A stretch of DNA of 64,000 nucleotides. Origin: Vicugna vicugna (taxonomy: Eukaryota). Position numbers and translations under genes: made by a program. The DNA lies in contig MU057887.1 of the NCBI GenBank assembly GCA_013265495.1, forward strand, positions 2,327,576 to 2,391,575, given 5' to 3'. Positions 61,561-64,000 of the stretch are shown here, one piece after another (position 1 is the first letter of the stretch; every line of letters begins with the position of its first letter). Below the pieces are notes generated by a model. That model made no database searches. It was not told the origin of the DNA and worked only from the letters and a program-made list of their open reading frames with translations.

Positions 61561-62904
61561 GTGTTTCCCATCGCTTTGTCTGCTTGGTCACTCTGCTTAT
61601 CTGCCCATAAACGTTACTTTCCTTAAAAATCCTGTCTACTGAGACTTTTATTTCTGTTACTACTTTAGCGTAAATTATTCCATTTTTTGTATATTTAGTT
61701 TCTCTTATGAAATTCTTCATTTTATCACCTATATTTTAAAATTTTAGTAATTTTCAAGTTTATGTAAAACAGCTTTTATGTATAAGAAATCTCGTGGATC
61801 TCTTTCTAATGTTTGTTCTTTCTCTTTTCTGTTTCCTTGCCTTTGTACTCCAGGCTGACATGCCTGATGATTTTTGTTGTTGAATGTCGGAACTTGCGTC
61901 TGAAACTTGTATAGATGATTCGATTCTACTGTTTTCCCTCAAAAAATTTACCATTGCTGCTGGCAGCCTTTTATGCTGGGGCTAGTTCCAAGCTATGAAT
62001 CCATTTATTTGAAGTGTTTGCAAATTCTGGTCTCGTCTTGGCTTGCTTTTGCTTTTCTGTAGCCCCTCCAGAAATCCGAAATTAAAATTTGGATTACTTT
62101 TGAGGGCTTTTCTCTTCGAGGGGCCTGGGAAAAAACCCAACGTTTATATCTCCCGGCCATACAAAAGTTCCAAAAGCTCTGTTCAACTTCTTAGTCCCCA
62201 GCTGTCGCTTAAATATCAACACACAAGCAAGGCCACGAGCAGCTGAGGCCAGCCCAGATCACACAAGTGCCCTCCCCATGACATGTGCTTAGCCTGCCAA
62301 CCTCGGGGTAGAAAAGAAATAACTTCTGGGGTAGTGTGTTGTGCAGGACGTGGGATCAACTGCCTGAGACAACACTTTCTTCCACAAAGAGTTCCTGTTA
62401 TCTTTGCACCCCTGGATTCACAGACACCTCTCAGATGAGGCTTGGCCATGAGACCACCTGCTTGTACAGCTGGAAGCAGGTTTCAACCATCCCAACCATT
62501 TTCTGGCTGAACTCCTAAATTTGTTTCAAGATTTAGCCCCAGAAGAGCTCACCTGGGTTCCTCAGCCCACCCTCCACCCCTAACCCCTCATAACTTTCGC
62601 GCACATGTCTGTTAGGGCACCTTTCACATTGTGACCAACCAGCGACTGGTACGTGCTGCCCCTGCTGCCCCCACCGTGTTGAATACGCAAGTTGGCGCTC
62701 TGTTACCTTCAGATCCTCAGTGCAATTTCCAGCCTCTGTTATCGGCTGAGTCTACGCTCAGACAATGATGGGTAACAGGGACAGTGTCTGAAGGCTGTGT
62801 GATATTTCATGATACACAAAATATTATTACAGACATTATTTTGAGTCTCACGTTGAGCGACGGAAGCTACTTACCTCGTCACATAAGGCAGGTGCTGTCT
62901 TTGG

Positions 62905-63020
62905 TACAAGCTGTTGACCACTTCCTATATGGAGAAACTGGACCCCACCGAGGTTGAGTAACTGGCCTGAGATGACAAGGCTTGTAGTTAAGACAATGGG
63001 ACTAGAATCTGTGCTCTCTT
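62905..63020 (-). mobile_element. MIR fragment
   Basis: 'atggagaaactggaccccaccgaggttgagtaactggcctgagatgacaaggcttgtagt...tgggactagaatc'. Confidence 0.65.
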
Positions 63021-64000
63021 CATCTTGCACGATGGCATCTGGACACAAGCTCGCTCTCATGCCCCTACTGGTGGGGGTTTAAACCAGGCCTTGGCGCCAA
63101 GCATGGCTTCACACGAGCATCAGCAGCTCCTGCCATTTCCATATTCAGCACACAGAACCACACACACCCTAGAAATTCAGAACTTGTCCACTGGGTACCT
63201 GGGTTTACACACATCGATCCTTGTATTCACTTTAACTGTGAACCTGCACAGTAAAAGCAAGGTCACAAGCTGGTGTTCTGTGCCTTCATGTAAGAGGAAC
63301 ACTCGGGTTTGTGAAGAACCACACCAGGAGGCTGCTGGAAGCTTTTCTGAGATGCCATAGAAACGTCTGTTCCGAAGTCCTCCTCACCGGCTCACATGCA
63401 GGAACAAGAACCCCCGTTGGCAGCGTGCGAGCAGCCCTGCACAGTGCCTGCGATGGGATTCGGTTGTTTTCTGGGTCCCCCAGATAAGCCCTGGGGGCCT
63501 AGAACTGCAGGCGACCCACAATGTGGCCCTAGATCTGCGTGGCTGGGAGGGCAGGCGCCTTTCCAAGCCCGGCAGGAATGTCCCAAGGTCCCCTGACCTG
63601 ACGGGGGCCAGGTAAGCGTCTCCAGGCTGAGGGTCGGGGGCAGTGTCCCACCGTCCCTGCCAACCCGGAGCTGTGGGCGATGGTGGGAAGGGGCCAGGAC
63701 ACAGAAAGGAAGAGGCTTCCAGTGACTGTGTGCGCCTTGGTGAGCATGTCCCCCTCTGGAGCAGGTACACAGAGTGACTGGTCAGTCCTCCACTGAGCTG
63801 GGGGTGCTGGGAGGACCCAACCTGCTGCGGGTAGCGTGGGGCCCCCCCTGCCGCTGTGACACATACAGACTCTGCTCCTGGGGGCACCTTATCACTCATC
63901 ACAGCTCTCGTGGTCCCAGGCCTGAGTGCTGTGAGGCAGGAGCTCCGTCCCCATGTTGCCCTCCCCTGGACAGCACAAAGCTTTCTTTCTCTTTCCTTTT

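Noticed and set aside
1..64000. Prokaryotic-type systems (CRISPR arrays, operons, rRNA), horizontally acquired DNA or an endogenous viral coding insert
   Set aside because: No spacer arrays, long codon-biased ORFs, or gag/pol/env or other viral motifs are seen; the content is consistent with mammalian repeat-rich non-coding DNA.

Overview
Mammalian genomic DNA, very probably from a camelid (camel, alpaca or llama). The evidence is a Vic-1-type tRNA-derived SINE at ~20.3 kb and several lineage-type L1 3' ends. The window is repeat-dominated: old and young LINE-1, MaLR/ERVL/ERV1 LTRs, Tigger/hAT DNA-transposon relics, MIR and L2. These alternate with very GC/CpG-rich unique sequence, and a CpG island/promoter candidate lies at ~50.4-51.4 kb. 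I could not recognise any protein-coding gene. The six-frame ORFs look like chance GC-rich ORFs, L1 remnants or microsatellite translations, and only a few weak candidate spliced exons are visible. The most notable structures are (1) a complex L1 insertion at ~21.9-22.4 kb with a 3' transduction and an inverted target-site duplication that created a perfect 49-bp inverted repeat; (2) a ~250-bp inverted local duplication flanking the CpG island, whose island copy has been rewritten AT->GC; and (3) many short, sharply bounded AT->GC-converted patches inside old L1s, consistent with GC-biased gene conversion. Repeat family names come from my recollection of consensus sequences, not from a search, and boundaries are approximate unless TSDs or TIRs are quoted. 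I found no evidence of a new multi-gene system.
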